Source of the DNA: an uncultured Flavobacteriales bacterium
GTDB lineage: Bacteria; Bacteroidota; Bacteroidia; Flavobacteriales_C; GCA-002722245
Direction of reading: 5' to 3'
Assembly (NCBI GenBank): GCA_963933885.1
Contig: CAWVWF010000004.1
Location: forward strand, 1 to 50,928
DNA length: 50,928 bases
Below the pieces are notes generated by a model. It was not told the DNA's origin and made no database searches. It saw only the letters and a list, made by a program, of their open reading frames with translations. Below, piece by piece: positions 9,153-19,725 of the stretch. Position 1 is the first letter of the stretch. Each line of letters begins with the position of its first letter. Made by a program: the position numbers and the translations under genes.

Positions 9153-12100
9153 TTGGAACAAAAACAAAAAACTAAATCATTTATAAAAAGCATCCTTATT
9201 ATAGGGTTAGTTATTTTAACTAGCACCGTTGTTTCTGCCCAAAAATTCCCTTTTAAAAACTACACAGTCAATGAAGGTTTAAGTACCAATAAAATCATTG
9301 CTATTTACCAGAAAAAGAACAATGAACTTTGGTTAGGAAGTACTGAAGGAATTAACATTTTCGACGGAAACTCTTTTAGATCTTCTAATTCTTTATTTAA
9401 ACTTCCACACAGAACAGTATATGACATAACGGAAATTGATCATAAAACATACATTTCAACCAATGGAGGTTTATGTATATATGATGGGAAAGACACGATA
9501 GTTTATAGAGTAGCAAATGGGTTAAAGCACAACAGGGTATTTAAGACGTTTGAAGATAGCGACGGTGTAATTTGGATTGCCACTCAACAAGGAGTTCATA
9601 TTCTCAAGAATAAAATCACAAACGTAGATATTCATCCTGTGATTAACAATGAAGCAATCTATAACATCTTTGAAGATAATCAAGGAGCATTATGGTTTTG
9701 CTCAAATAAAAGTGGTGTAATTAGGTACTATAAAAACGAAACAACTCAGTTTTTAAATAATCAGTATCCTCATAGTTTTGTTGGTGGAGTTCTGCAATTC
9801 AACGATTCCACGGTATGGGCTGTAACTAGATCAGGCCTATATTCAATCAGTGGAGACCATGTAATTAAAGTTAAAACTGGAGCAGGTAATGAAACAAACT
9901 TTTATGATATAAAAAAAAGTAAAAATGGAGATATTTGGTTGGCCAGTAACGATGGAGTATTTGTTTACCGAAACAATAAATTCAGAGTTTTCACCACTGA
10001 AAATGGTTTGATAAATAATACAATTCTAAAAATATTTGAAGACAACGAAAACTCAATGTGGTTCGCTTCACCTGGCAACGGTGTTTCACAACTAATTAAT
10101 GAAAAATTCAATTTATTTGATGCCTCAAGTCTTTATTACCCTAATGTGACAAGTATTATTCCTAAAAATGATAGTATACTATTCCTTGGTTGCGAAGACG
10201 GAATCATTAAATTCAACAGATTATCCAATAAAGCAGATACATTACCTGTTCCTAAAAACATTTTCTACAATGGTTTTTATGATCACAAAACTCAACAACT
10301 CATAATTGGTTGTAATGAAGGAACATTGATAATTGATGATGACGACAATAGCTTTAAACACAAAAGAATTCGTTCAATTACAAGTGAAGGAAGTTTAAGG
10401 AAATGTTGGGACGTTGCCCGCGATGATAATGGGAAATTATGGTTTGCAACCTCTGAAGGAGTTGGCCATTTAAAAGATAGTTTGGTTTCCTTCTATAAGT
10501 CTTCTGGAAACTATCACGAATTTGTTTTAGACATTCAAAAAGATAGCACCGGAAAACTATTTTTCGCTACGGAACTTGGATTGTCATATATAGAAGATGG
10601 TGAAATAGTAAATTACTCTAAAGAGAAAAACTTCCATAACAACAGAATAAGACAAATTGCATTAGATAACAATGGTTTGATGTGGTTTGTGGGAGACAAA
10701 GGACTTTACAAGCAAAGTGCTGATTCATTTCAAATAATTGATTACCACCATATTAAAAACGAATCTTTGCAATCAATAGTTTTTGATAATAACAATACGC
10801 TTTGGGCAGGTGTCTCAAATGGAATTATAAATTTCGATTTTAAAAACGAGAAACCAGATATTAGATTCTATTCGAAATCAGATGGATACTTAGGCGCAGA
10901 ATGTAATTTATTCTCTATTTTCTCTAGCAAAAACGGGAATATTTATTTCGGTACTGAAAACGGGCTAGTCAACTATCAACCTACAAGTCAAATAGATAAA
11001 AAGATTATTCCTGAGATAAATCTAAAAATGAATGTAATTGGTATTTCAAACTTAAATGAATATTCTGATTCAGTTAATAAAACGGATTTACCTACCAAAC
11101 TTCATTTACCTCGCAACAATAACAATATCTCTTTTTCATTTAATGTTGTTAGTTTACGATATGGAGAAACAATTAAATTTAGACATCAGTTAGTTGGATT
11201 AGAAAAAGAATGGAAGAATTCCAGTAACGTTTCTGAAATTGAATTCAATGAATTACCATTTGGATCTTACACATTTAAACTTAAAATTATTGATCACCCG
11301 AACCTTAAAGAATCGGAAGAGGTCTCAATTGAATTTACAATAGAAAAACCCTTTTACCTTCAGACTTGGTTCATCTTCATTTGTACTATTATTATTCTTA
11401 CATGGATATACTCCTATTACCTTATTCAAAAGAATGTTAAGCTATTAAACAGACAACAAGAAATCATTATCTCACAAAAAAACACTGTTGAGAAAACCAA
11501 TAAAGAAATTGTAGATAGTATTACTTATGCAAAGCGAATTCAAGATGCTATTTTACCGAATGACCGTTTCTTAAATGAAATTCTCAATGAATACTTCATC
11601 TTATACAGACCATGTAATATTGTTTCAGGTGATTTTTATTGGGTTGAAAAATTAGGCGATGAAATTGTATTTGCTGCCGCAGACTGCACAGGACATGGTG
11701 TCCCAGGCGCCATGGTTAGTTTAATGTGTAGTAATTTATTAAGGAAAGTTATTCTTGAAGAGCAATGTAGCGATCCTGGATTAGTACTTGATAAAGTATC
11801 AAAAGATCTTCTTAAACGATTAGACGGACAAGATGAAACTGTAAATGATGGTATGGATATAAGCTTATGTTTTTGGAATCCAAAAACTAATGAACTCCGA
11901 TTTTCTGGTGCTAATAATCCGATGTTTTTAATTAGAGATGGAGAGCTTATAATTACAAAAGCAGATAAACAACCAATTGGATATTTTGAGGATAGAGTAC
12001 CATTTACAACTCATGAATCAGTTTTACAATCAGGAGATCAAATCATACTATTTTCTGATGGATATAAAGATCAATTTGGAGGGCCGAAAAACAAGAAATT

Positions 12101-12251
12101 CAGCTCTAAGCGTTTCAAACAATCATTAATAGATAATTCAAAATCAGATCTGAAATCTCAAAGACTTAATCTGAATAGTACGTTTAATGAATGGAAACAA
12201 GACGAAGAACAGATTGATGATATTTGTATTTTTTCAATTAGAATAAAATAA
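9153..12251 (+). CDS. Membrane sensor with two-component regulator propeller repeats, Y_Y_Y domain and PP2C/SpoIIE phosphatase
   Basis: Repeated GL..N.I..I.ED..G..W; LPFGSYTF; TM after KPFYLQTWF; SITYAKRIQ.AILP, VSGDFYW, ADCTGHGVPGA, DGMD, FSDGYKDQFGG, QIDDI; start codon (TTG) uncertain. Confidence 0.9.
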   Translation: MEQKQKTKSFIKSILIIGLVILTSTVVSAQKFPFKNYTVNEGLSTNKIIAIYQKKNNELWLGSTEGINIFDGNSFRSSNSLFKLPHRTVYDITEIDHKTYISTNGGLCIYDGKDTIVYRVANGLKHNRVFKTFEDSDGVIWIATQQGVHILKNKITNVDIHPVINNEAIYNIFEDNQGALWFCSNKSGVIRYYKNETTQFLNNQYPHSFVGGVLQFNDSTVWAVTRSGLYSISGDHVIKVKTGAGNETNFYDIKKSKNGDIWLASNDGVFVYRNNKFRVFTTENGLINNTILKIFEDNENSMWFASPGNGVSQLINEKFNLFDASSLYYPNVTSIIPKNDSILFLGCEDGIIKFNRLSNKADTLPVPKNIFYNGFYDHKTQQLIIGCNEGTLIIDDDDNSFKHKRIRSITSEGSLRKCWDVARDDNGKLWFATSEGVGHLKDSLVSFYKSSGNYHEFVLDIQKDSTGKLFFATELGLSYIEDGEIVNYSKEKNFHNNRIRQIALDNNGLMWFVGDKGLYKQSADSFQIIDYHHIKNESLQSIVFDNNNTLWAGVSNGIINFDFKNEKPDIRFYSKSDGYLGAECNLFSIFSSKNGNIYFGTENGLVNYQPTSQIDKKIIPEINLKMNVIGISNLNEYSDSVNKTDLPTKLHLPRNNNNISFSFNVVSLRYGETIKFRHQLVGLEKEWKNSSNVSEIEFNELPFGSYTFKLKIIDHPNLKESEEVSIEFTIEKPFYLQTWFIFICTIIILTWIYSYYLIQKNVKLLNRQQEIIISQKNTVEKTNKEIVDSITYAKRIQDAILPNDRFLNEILNEYFILYRPCNIVSGDFYWVEKLGDEIVFAAADCTGHGVPGAMVSLMCSNLLRKVILEEQCSDPGLVLDKVSKDLLKRLDGQDETVNDGMDISLCFWNPKTNELRFSGANNPMFLIRDGELIITKADKQPIGYFEDRVPFTTHESVLQSGDQIILFSDGYKDQFGGPKNKKFSSKRFKQSLIDNSKSDLKSQRLNLNSTFNEWKQDEEQIDDICIFSIRIK

Positions 12252-12284
12252 CTCGTAGTTAAATAAATACGTTACTTTTAAAAG

Positions 12285-12315
12285 CTAGAATTGATTCTCA
12301 GTTCTGGATTTTTTT
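12285..12315 (+). terminator. Probable intrinsic terminator
   Basis: CTAGAATTGA-TTC-TCAGTTCTGG stem (with G-U pairs) followed by a T-run, downstream of the PP2C gene. Confidence 0.55.
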
Positions 12316-12327
12316 ATTTCCATTCTT

Positions 12328-14028
12328 GTGAAAAACATGAAATACGCTTTAGTTTTATCCTTAACAATCTGCATTACAATATCAAATGCTACAAATTATT
12401 TCGTATCATCGTCAATTGGAAACGATAGTTATAATGGTACTACTGAAATCACACCTTGGAAGACTATTGATAAGATCAATGCTTTCCAATTTTCACCAGG
12501 AGATTCTATTTTTTTAAAGGGAGGAGATTCATGGAGAGGTAGTTTAGTTCCTAAAAGTGGAAGTGTTTCGAACAACATCTATTATGGTGCATATTCAATA
12601 AATTCAAAACCTGTCATTCTAGGTTCTGTCTCATTTAATAATTCTAGTAAATGGATTAATAAATCTGGGAACTTATGGGAATGTGATACAATATTCGACA
12701 GCAGTATCTTAGATATAGGTAATATTATTTTAAATAACGCAGAGAAAATAGGAGTCAAAAAATGGGATGAAAATACGCTTCAAATTCAAAATAATTTTGT
12801 TTACAATACCACTTTAAATAAAATAACTATTTACTCTTTAGGTAATCCTGCTATTCTATATAACAGTATTGAACTAGCACTTAGAGAACACATCATTAAT
12901 TTCGAAAGTAAAAAGCACATTACATTTGAAAATATTGAACTGAAATATGGTTCTGCACATGGATTCGGAGGTGGAAATACAGAAGGTATAACAATTAGAA
13001 ATTGTGACATTTCATATATTGGTGGCGGAGAATTAAATCAAAATCAAAGAGAGAGATTCGGAAATGGAATAGAATTTTGGGGAGGCGCTACAAATAATAC
13101 AGTTGAAAGCTGTAAGATTTGGGAAATTTACGACACTGGATTATCTAATCAGAATCATTCAACAAAGGCAATCCAACATAATATTAAATACAGGAACAAC
13201 ATCATCTGGAACTGTGGCTTAGCATCATTTGAATATTGGAATAGACATATTGATTCAAAAACTTCAGAAATATATTTTGAAAACAATACTTGTTTATTTG
13301 CTGGAGAAGGTTGGGGGAGTCAACGTCCCGATCTTCGTGGAATCCACGTTTTAATCGATAACAATGAGGCAGAAACGGATACCATTTACATCCGAAACAA
13401 CATATTCTATAGTGCTACAAGACAAATTTACACAGTAGAAAACAGTTTTGATGGTTTTATAAAACTGGATTACAATACAGTTTATCAGCCTAATCCTTCA
13501 GATACGCTTTACGCTTCATTTCCAGTTGTGACTCAATTCACGATTTCTCAATTCAATGATTTCCAAAACGCTACTGGAAAAGCCTCGCATTCCTTTGTAA
13601 GCGACCCATTATTTGTAGACATAAACAATTTAAATTTTCAATTAAGTTCAAATTCTCCATGTATTAATACTGGATTAACAACAGATTTAAATCATGATTT
13701 CTCAGGTGAATCAAGACCAAATCAGTCAGGTTATGATATCGGTGCGTATGAATTTTCTCAACTTACTTCAACAAACGATTTCAAATTAGATTTTAACATC
13801 TACCCAAATCCTGCCACTAAAACGTTAAGAATTTCAAACGCTAACTTATCAAACGAACCATTACAAGTGCAAATAATTAATTCTAATGGACAAGAAGTGT
13901 TATCAAATCAAACCTTTCAAAATGATGAATCAATTAACTTAGAAAGCCTACAAACAGGGTTGTATCTAATTAGAATAAAACACAACTCACAAACTAAGTA
14001 TGCAGGAAGAGTTGTAATATATAAATGA
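12328..14028 (+). CDS. T9SS type A cargo protein with right-handed beta-helix (pectin-lyase-like fold)
   Basis: Signal peptide, YFVSSS.GNDS..GT...PWKTI, beta-helix repeats, DPLFV...FQL...SPCI..G...DIGAYE, C-terminal IYPNPA...GLYLIRI; ATG at 12337 is an alternative start. Confidence 0.82.
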   Translation: MKNMKYALVLSLTICITISNATNYFVSSSIGNDSYNGTTEITPWKTIDKINAFQFSPGDSIFLKGGDSWRGSLVPKSGSVSNNIYYGAYSINSKPVILGSVSFNNSSKWINKSGNLWECDTIFDSSILDIGNIILNNAEKIGVKKWDENTLQIQNNFVYNTTLNKITIYSLGNPAILYNSIELALREHIINFESKKHITFENIELKYGSAHGFGGGNTEGITIRNCDISYIGGGELNQNQRERFGNGIEFWGGATNNTVESCKIWEIYDTGLSNQNHSTKAIQHNIKYRNNIIWNCGLASFEYWNRHIDSKTSEIYFENNTCLFAGEGWGSQRPDLRGIHVLIDNNEAETDTIYIRNNIFYSATRQIYTVENSFDGFIKLDYNTVYQPNPSDTLYASFPVVTQFTISQFNDFQNATGKASHSFVSDPLFVDINNLNFQLSSNSPCINTGLTTDLNHDFSGESRPNQSGYDIGAYEFSQLTSTNDFKLDFNIYPNPATKTLRISNANLSNEPLQVQIINSNGQEVLSNQTFQNDESINLESLQTGLYLIRIKHNSQTKYAGRVVIYK

Positions 14029-14061
14029 GAACTATTCAAGATTTCACTTTATAAGTAAGTC

Positions 14062-14571
14062 TTATAAGCCTCCATCAATTTTTAATAGAACCTCATTGAT
14101 ATTACTCAGAATTGATTTTCGAATGATGTACAAAAAATAACGGCTAAATATTTTTGTTTTATTATCTAGAGTCATAGCACATATTACAAAAGTTCCAGCT
14201 TCTTGCTCTTCAATATTAAATAAAATCTGACCTCTTTTTGATTTACCATAGTGAAAATCATAAGTCAAGGTATGATTTTCATCTGAATCTATTAAAGTAA
14301 GAGAACCATCTTTGATTTCTTTAATTTTACTTTTCCAGCTATACTTCGCTCCAATACCTTTTGAAACTTCAGAAACTGTTACATCCATAGACTTATCTTC
14401 ATTCCAGATAGCCCATTCATTCCAGTGACTAAAATCTTCTATTCTTTTGTAAAGATCTATGGCGTTACCACTCATATTCAAAGAGTTCGCTAGTGTTACT
14501 GTTGAAGGCAAAAACAATCCGATTACTATATAAGAAAAGATCAGAACTAATATGACTATCAACCAAACCAC
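14062..14571 (-). CDS. SRPBCC/polyketide-cyclase-like membrane-anchored protein
   Basis: N-terminal TM, DF..W..W..W motif, G.GAKYSW. Confidence 0.7.
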   Translation of the reverse strand: MVWLIVILVLIFSYIVIGLFLPSTVTLANSLNMSGNAIDLYKRIEDFSHWNEWAIWNEDKSMDVTVSEVSKGIGAKYSWKSKIKEIKDGSLTLIDSDENHTLTYDFHYGKSKRGQILFNIEEQEAGTFVICAMTLDNKTKIFSRYFLYIIRKSILSNINEVLLKIDGGL

Positions 14572-14574
14572 AGA

Positions 14575-15483
14575 TTAATCTTTTTTGAGATTTAAATTAA
14601 GAACATTATTATCCACCACCATATTAACTTTCTCCCCCAAAATCAGCGCTTTATTATCATTAATATGACCTGCAGGAAAACCAGTGAAAATTGGGATATC
14701 TAAATGCTTAACATAATCAAACACCATTTCTTCAACAGTTTTACCAAAAGGTACAGTACCATCTTTCATATCTGAAAAACTTCCGATTATAACACCTGCT
14801 AAATTTTCAAAGTACTTATTCCGCTTTAGGTTTTGCAACATTCTATCCGTAGCATATAGGTATTCACACAAATCTTCTAAAAATAATATTTTCCCCGAAG
14901 TATCAATACTAGATTCACTTCCACAATTACTATATAAAATTGAAAGGTTCCCCCCTACTATTTCTGCAGTTGCCTCACCGGTTTTACATAAATCATTATA
15001 TGTTGAGGACTCATTATATTCCATAACCTCATCCATTAAAACTGATTTCAATGAATTGATGCTTTCTTCCGAATTACTTGGGAAAAAGACAGGCATTGTA
15101 GCGTGAAGTGTAGGTATACTATAATTATTATGAATATGTGAATGAAAAGTAGTTACATCACTAAAGCCTATTATCCATTTTGGGTGCTCCTTGAAAGAAG
15201 AGAAATCTATATCATCTATAATTCTAACAGAACCATATCCACCTCTTGCTGATATAATAGCTTTAATTTCAGGATCATCAATCATCGATTGAATATTGTT
15301 CTTCCTCATCTCATCATTCCCTCCGAACTGATTCCAATCTGCTCCAATTGTTTGTCCTACTACAACCTCTAAACCCCAACTTTTAAACACAGAAATTGAA
15401 CTTTGAATTTCTGAAAAAGAAATTTTCTTTGCAAAAGCTGCAATACCAATCTTATCTCCTGATTTAAGTTTCGGTGGTAACAT
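14575..15483 (-). CDS. ldcA: LD-carboxypeptidase (peptidase S66)
   Basis: P.LK.GDKIGI, ARGGYGS, GFSDVT (catalytic Ser), GGNLS, LFLED, GH (catalytic His). Confidence 0.92.
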   Translation of the reverse strand: MLPPKLKSGDKIGIAAFAKKISFSEIQSSISVFKSWGLEVVVGQTIGADWNQFGGNDEMRKNNIQSMIDDPEIKAIISARGGYGSVRIIDDIDFSSFKEHPKWIIGFSDVTTFHSHIHNNYSIPTLHATMPVFFPSNSEESINSLKSVLMDEVMEYNESSTYNDLCKTGEATAEIVGGNLSILYSNCGSESSIDTSGKILFLEDLCEYLYATDRMLQNLKRNKYFENLAGVIIGSFSDMKDGTVPFGKTVEEMVFDYVKHLDIPIFTGFPAGHINDNKALILGEKVNMVVDNNVLNLNLKKD

Positions 15484-15560
15484 AATACTAAAGATAATTA
15501 TGCAACCGAAAGAAAATGGGATTACCCTGTATACTTGCTAACAAACTAGGTTTTAATAAC

Positions 15561-16751
15561 CTATTTGATTCGTCTAATTGGAACTATAGATGCTAAGCCT
15601 CCAATGGTACTCACAACGCCTAGTATTATTAAGACATCCATAAATTGAACTTCGAAAGGGAAACACTCCAACCTACCTCCTGATCCATATGCGAAGAAAC
15701 AAAACTCCCATTGAGCTACTATCAATAAATACCCAATAAATAAACCTATAAAGGCTCCAGAAAACGTAATCAACATTCCTTCTATCCAAAAAATAGATCG
15801 AACCATTTTTAAAGACGCTCCCATACTTTGCAAAACAAAAATGTCTTTCGTTTTGTCGATTACTAACATCGTTAATGAACCAATCACATTAAAAATCGCT
15901 AGGATAATTACTAGCGTTAAAATCAAGAGTGTAATCCACTTCTCTGCGTTTATAGATTTGAATAAGAATTCGTTTTGCTCAAATCGTGTTTTAACTGAGA
16001 AGTTCTTACTTAACAAGGTTTTAATCTTCAACTGTACGAGCTCTACATCAACTAAACTATCGATGCCAATTTCGATGGTATTAATCCGATCTGTAATTCC
16101 TAATAGTTTCTGTGCATTATCAATAGAAACGATGATGTACTTTCTATTGAAATCAGAATTAATATCAAATAAACCTCGAGGTAAAGATGCTGATTCTCTG
16201 AATAATTCCCCTGGTCCTACAGACGATCCTACCAAGTTTGGAATATACATCCTAATCGGATAATTCGCATCAGTGTTTATTCCAAGCTTCATTGCCAAAT
16301 CAAAACCTAAAACACATTCCTGTGATCCTCCAACGAATGGTCCATAATAACCATCAATGATAGACTTATTTATATCCGTCATTTTAGCAAAATCATTAGT
16401 TACCCCTTTTACAGTAGCAACTTCTTGATTTTCACCATATTTTAATAACGTAGTTTCTTCAATAGACTGAACAATAAATTGAACCCCTTCTATTTTTGAA
16501 ATTTCTTGAAAAGGAATTGAATCTGGATTAAAACGATTTCCTGTTACCTCTTCAATTTTTAAATCAGGATCAAAATTAGTGTACAGGTCCATCACTGAAG
16601 ATGACAATCCATTCATTGCTGATAAAATCAGAATAAGCGAACCCGATACAATAGCAACAACGGCTACCGATATTTTGGTAATCCAATTAATTACATTGTT
16701 ACTTTTTCGAGAAAATAAATACCGAAGTGCTATGAAAAACTGAAATTTCAA
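15561..16751 (-). CDS. LolC/E (FtsX/MacB-like) ABC permease
   Basis: FIALRYLFS, S.MNG, EK...LIL..A.FN.IGSLTML..DK.KDI..L.SMGA; adjacent to rbfA as usual in Bacteroidota. Confidence 0.88.
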   Translation of the reverse strand: MKFQFFIALRYLFSRKSNNVINWITKISVAVVAIVSGSLILILSAMNGLSSSVMDLYTNFDPDLKIEEVTGNRFNPDSIPFQEISKIEGVQFIVQSIEETTLLKYGENQEVATVKGVTNDFAKMTDINKSIIDGYYGPFVGGSQECVLGFDLAMKLGINTDANYPIRMYIPNLVGSSVGPGELFRESASLPRGLFDINSDFNRKYIIVSIDNAQKLLGITDRINTIEIGIDSLVDVELVQLKIKTLLSKNFSVKTRFEQNEFLFKSINAEKWITLLILTLVIILAIFNVIGSLTMLVIDKTKDIFVLQSMGASLKMVRSIFWIEGMLITFSGAFIGLFIGYLLIVAQWEFCFFAYGSGGRLECFPFEVQFMDVLIILGVVSTIGGLASIVPIRRIK

Positions 16752-16752
16752 A

Positions 16753-17088
16753 TTACTTCTTCAATAGATTATCAATCTCTTCGTAATAATCTAAAGAATC
16801 ATCAATATAAAACTGGAAAGCAGGAACCTTTCTCATTTGATGTCTTACTTGCTTAGCAACAATATGTCTAATTTCTTTACTCTGCTTATTAATATGCTGA
16901 ATAACCTCCTCACCGTTTGTACCTAAAATACTTAGGTAAACTTTAGCAAAAGACATATCTGTTGTTACCCTAACCACAGTAACTGTAATAAAAGCACCGC
17001 CAAACATTGATTTAGATTCACGCTGAAACAATGTAGCTAAATCTTGTTTTAGCACATTTCCTACCTTTTGTTGTCTTCTTGTTTCCAT
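16753..17088 (-). CDS. rbfA: 30S ribosome-binding factor A
   Basis: METRRQQKV, ITVTVVRVT.D.S.AKVYLS, RKVP..QF.IDDSLDY. Confidence 0.96.
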   Translation of the reverse strand: METRRQQKVGNVLKQDLATLFQRESKSMFGGAFITVTVVRVTTDMSFAKVYLSILGTNGEEVIQHINKQSKEIRHIVAKQVRHQMRKVPAFQFYIDDSLDYYEEIDNLLKK

Positions 17089-17189
17089 ATTTATCTAACT
17101 AAATGTTTTTTTAACCTAATTAAGATTAGGTTTACTTATTTTTACAGAAATGATATTAAAAAACCATTTGTGTAATAACACCACAAGTA

Positions 17190-17211
17190 CAAAAATAATT
17201 TTTTAATTTCG
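17190..17211. promoter_or_regulatory. Back-to-back Bacteroidota primary-sigma -7 boxes for rbfA (-) and exbB (+)
   Basis: TATTTTTG on - strand (17190-17197) matches TAnnTTTG; TAATTTCG on + strand (17204-17211) is a one-mismatch variant. Confidence 0.5.
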
Positions 17212-17285
17212 TGTTCGAAAGAAATTATTAAAAAAGCACAATATTTATTACAAACATACTTTTATTAAAAGTAAAATTTAACACA

Positions 17286-18110
17286 ATGAAAAAACTAATT
17301 TCTACATTAACATTCTCTTTAGTCTTAATGTTAGGTTTATTATCACCTCAATTAGCTAAAGCAGATACAATTACTAACTCTTCTGTTGTAACAGCAACTG
17401 CTACAACAACATTAAGTGTTGACAAAATCGAAATTGAAGAGATTCCTGTCGCAAAAACTGATATTGGAGAAAATGAAGCTCCAGGTTTTACGCAAGTAAT
17501 TAAGCAGCGTTTTATTGAAGGTGGAGTTGAATTCATGATTTCGGTTTTACTTTGTTTAATTCTAGGAATTGCAATATCAATTGAAAGAATTATCTACTTA
17601 AGTTTATCTACTGTTAATACAAATCAGCTCTTACAACAAGTTGAAGAAGCTTTATCATCAGGAGGAATAGAAGCAGCTAAGGAAGTTTGTAGAAATACAA
17701 GAGGACCAGTTGCATCAATTTTTTATGATGGATTAACAAGAGCAGATGAAGGAATTGTTCAGGTTGAGAAAGCCGTTATTGCAGGAGGATCTGTTCAAAT
17801 GGGGTTAATGGAGAAAGGAATTTCTTGGATTTCATTATTTATAGCGCTTGCTCCAATGTTAGGTTTCTTAGGAACTGTATTAGGTATGATTAACGCATTT
17901 GATTCCATCGCTGAAGCAGGAACAGTTGAACCAGCTTTAATGGCCGGAGATATTAAGATGGCTTTAATTACTACAGTAGCAGGTTTAATTGTAGCAATAT
18001 TCTTACAAGTTTTTTACAATATCATTATATCAAAAATTGATAATTTGGTTAACGCTATGGAGAATGCCTCAAATGTATTTGTGAAAATTGTTCAACAAAA
18101 AATAGCTTAA
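17286..18110 (+). CDS. exbB: MotA/TolQ/ExbB proton channel protein
   Basis: FIEGG, IERIIYL, IALAPMLGFLGTVLGMI.AF, ALITTVAGL. Confidence 0.93.
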   Translation: MKKLISTLTFSLVLMLGLLSPQLAKADTITNSSVVTATATTTLSVDKIEIEEIPVAKTDIGENEAPGFTQVIKQRFIEGGVEFMISVLLCLILGIAISIERIIYLSLSTVNTNQLLQQVEEALSSGGIEAAKEVCRNTRGPVASIFYDGLTRADEGIVQVEKAVIAGGSVQMGLMEKGISWISLFIALAPMLGFLGTVLGMINAFDSIAEAGTVEPALMAGDIKMALITTVAGLIVAIFLQVFYNIIISKIDNLVNAMENASNVFVKIVQQKIA

Positions 18111-18128
18111 TCTATAATTACTATCATT

Positions 18129-18521
18129 ATGGAAAATGCATTAAAAATCGGGAAACACTCCCTAATTGGTCTCGTTTGGCTAGTAATCGTTTTAGCTTGG
18201 TTTGATTTTATATCAATAGATGCTTTGATTACCTTTTCAATTGTCTTATTCTGGATTATTGGAGCTGTAACAGTTGGTTTTGCCATCTTTAATATTTTCG
18301 AGAACCCCAAAACAGGTCTTAAGTTTATAATCGGCGCAGTCGCTCTAATTATCATTCTTAGTATTAGTTTCGGTGTTTCTGATACTGTACTTGATGAGAA
18401 TGAAGAGGTCATTGCTGGAAGCCAATTGGCAGAAGCAGGGATTTACACGTTGAATATTTTATCAATTTCAGCACTTATAGTTATCGTATTAGCTGAAGCT
18501 AAAAGAATACTTAAACTTTAA
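18129..18521 (+). CDS. Small multi-TM membrane protein of the Bacteroidota exbB-orf-exbD-exbD operon
   Basis: Four hydrophobic segments, NPK motif, position between exbB and exbD. Confidence 0.75.
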   Translation: MENALKIGKHSLIGLVWLVIVLAWFDFISIDALITFSIVLFWIIGAVTVGFAIFNIFENPKTGLKFIIGAVALIIILSISFGVSDTVLDENEEVIAGSQLAEAGIYTLNILSISALIVIVLAEAKRILKL

Positions 18522-18524
18522 GTA

Positions 18525-19211
18525 ATGGGTAGAAGATTAGCTCCTGAAATAAATGCTGGTTCGATGGCTGATATTGCCTTCCTACTTTTAGTATTCTTTA
18601 TCGTAACGGCAGAAATGTCTAAAGAAGAAGGGATACTACAAATTCTTCCCGAGAAGGTAATTGACAATGGACCAACTGAACCTGTAAAGGAAAGGAACGC
18701 AATAAGAATTTTCATGAATGAAAATAATGATATTTTATTCGAAGACCAAGTTGGTTTAAAAATGTCGGCAATTCCTAAATTACTAAAAGAGCAAATTTTA
18801 AACAGGTCTGGAAATCCAGAGATGCCAGAAAACAGATTAGTAACTAGAGGGGAACTTCAAGTAATAATAGATAAAAACAAAGCTCGTTTAGAAAAAGCGG
18901 ATGAGACTAAAGTGAAATCTATCACGAAACAACTTAAGAAGTCTCAATTAAGACTAAAGGCTTTGGAGATCTTCGGCTCTGATTTTAAGAAATCAAATCA
19001 TGTAATAAGTATAACACCTGATAAAGGGGTGAAATATGGTTCTTACATCAAGTTAAAAGATATGATTGCTCAATCATACCGTGAACTAAGAAGTGAGTTG
19101 GCTAAGGAAAAGCTTGGTAGAACTTGGAAAGATTTAACATTGGAAGAAAAAAGAATGCTCGAAATGGTTTACAAGAAAAACGTTTCTGAAAGTCCAATCG
19201 AAAAAAACTAA
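18525..19211 (+). CDS. exbD: Biopolymer transporter ExbD/TolR family
   Basis: PEINAGSMADIAFLLLVFFIVT. Confidence 0.92.
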   Translation: MGRRLAPEINAGSMADIAFLLLVFFIVTAEMSKEEGILQILPEKVIDNGPTEPVKERNAIRIFMNENNDILFEDQVGLKMSAIPKLLKEQILNRSGNPEMPENRLVTRGELQVIIDKNKARLEKADETKVKSITKQLKKSQLRLKALEIFGSDFKKSNHVISITPDKGVKYGSYIKLKDMIAQSYRELRSELAKEKLGRTWKDLTLEEKRMLEMVYKKNVSESPIEKN

Positions 19212-19217
19212 ATACGA

Positions 19218-19718
19218 ATGTCTAAATTCAATAAAAATAAAAAGAAGAAAGATGGGCCAGGAATAACTACGGCTTCACTTCCTGATATTGTATTTATGTT
19301 ATTGTTCTTTTTTATGGTAACAACCAAAACTAGAACAAACGACTTATCTATTTCGATTTCATTACCTAGTGCTACTGAAACTGGAATTTTAGATGATAAA
19401 ACTCCAACTGCTTATGTCAATATCGGAGTTCCTGTAAAGGCACTTCAAGATTTATATGGAGATAATCCTAGAATTCAATTAAACGATGCAATATTAGATG
19501 CATCTGATGTAGTTGGCTTTATTGAAAACAAAAGAGCTTCAATAGAAAAGAGTTTTGAGATGGCTCAACCTGGTGTTGGAAAAGCTAAAGCAAGTAAGAT
19601 GATTGTTTGTCTTAAGGTTGATCAAAACGCTCAGTTAGGAACATTAGATGAAGTAAGAGAAGAACTGAAAACGGCTAAAGCTTTAAAAATTAATTACGTT
19701 GTAAATAAAGCGAATTAA
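19218..19718 (+). CDS. exbD: Biopolymer transporter ExbD/TolR family
   Basis: ITTASLPDIVFMLLFFFMVTT; C-terminal LKVD...G...ALKINY. Confidence 0.92.
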   Translation: MSKFNKNKKKKDGPGITTASLPDIVFMLLFFFMVTTKTRTNDLSISISLPSATETGILDDKTPTAYVNIGVPVKALQDLYGDNPRIQLNDAILDASDVVGFIENKRASIEKSFEMAQPGVGKAKASKMIVCLKVDQNAQLGTLDEVREELKTAKALKINYVVNKAN

Positions 19719-19725
19719 CGCTACT

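Noticed and set aside
17286-19718. exbB-orf-exbD-exbD without tonB as a novel motor
   Set aside because: This layout is the common Bacteroidota arrangement
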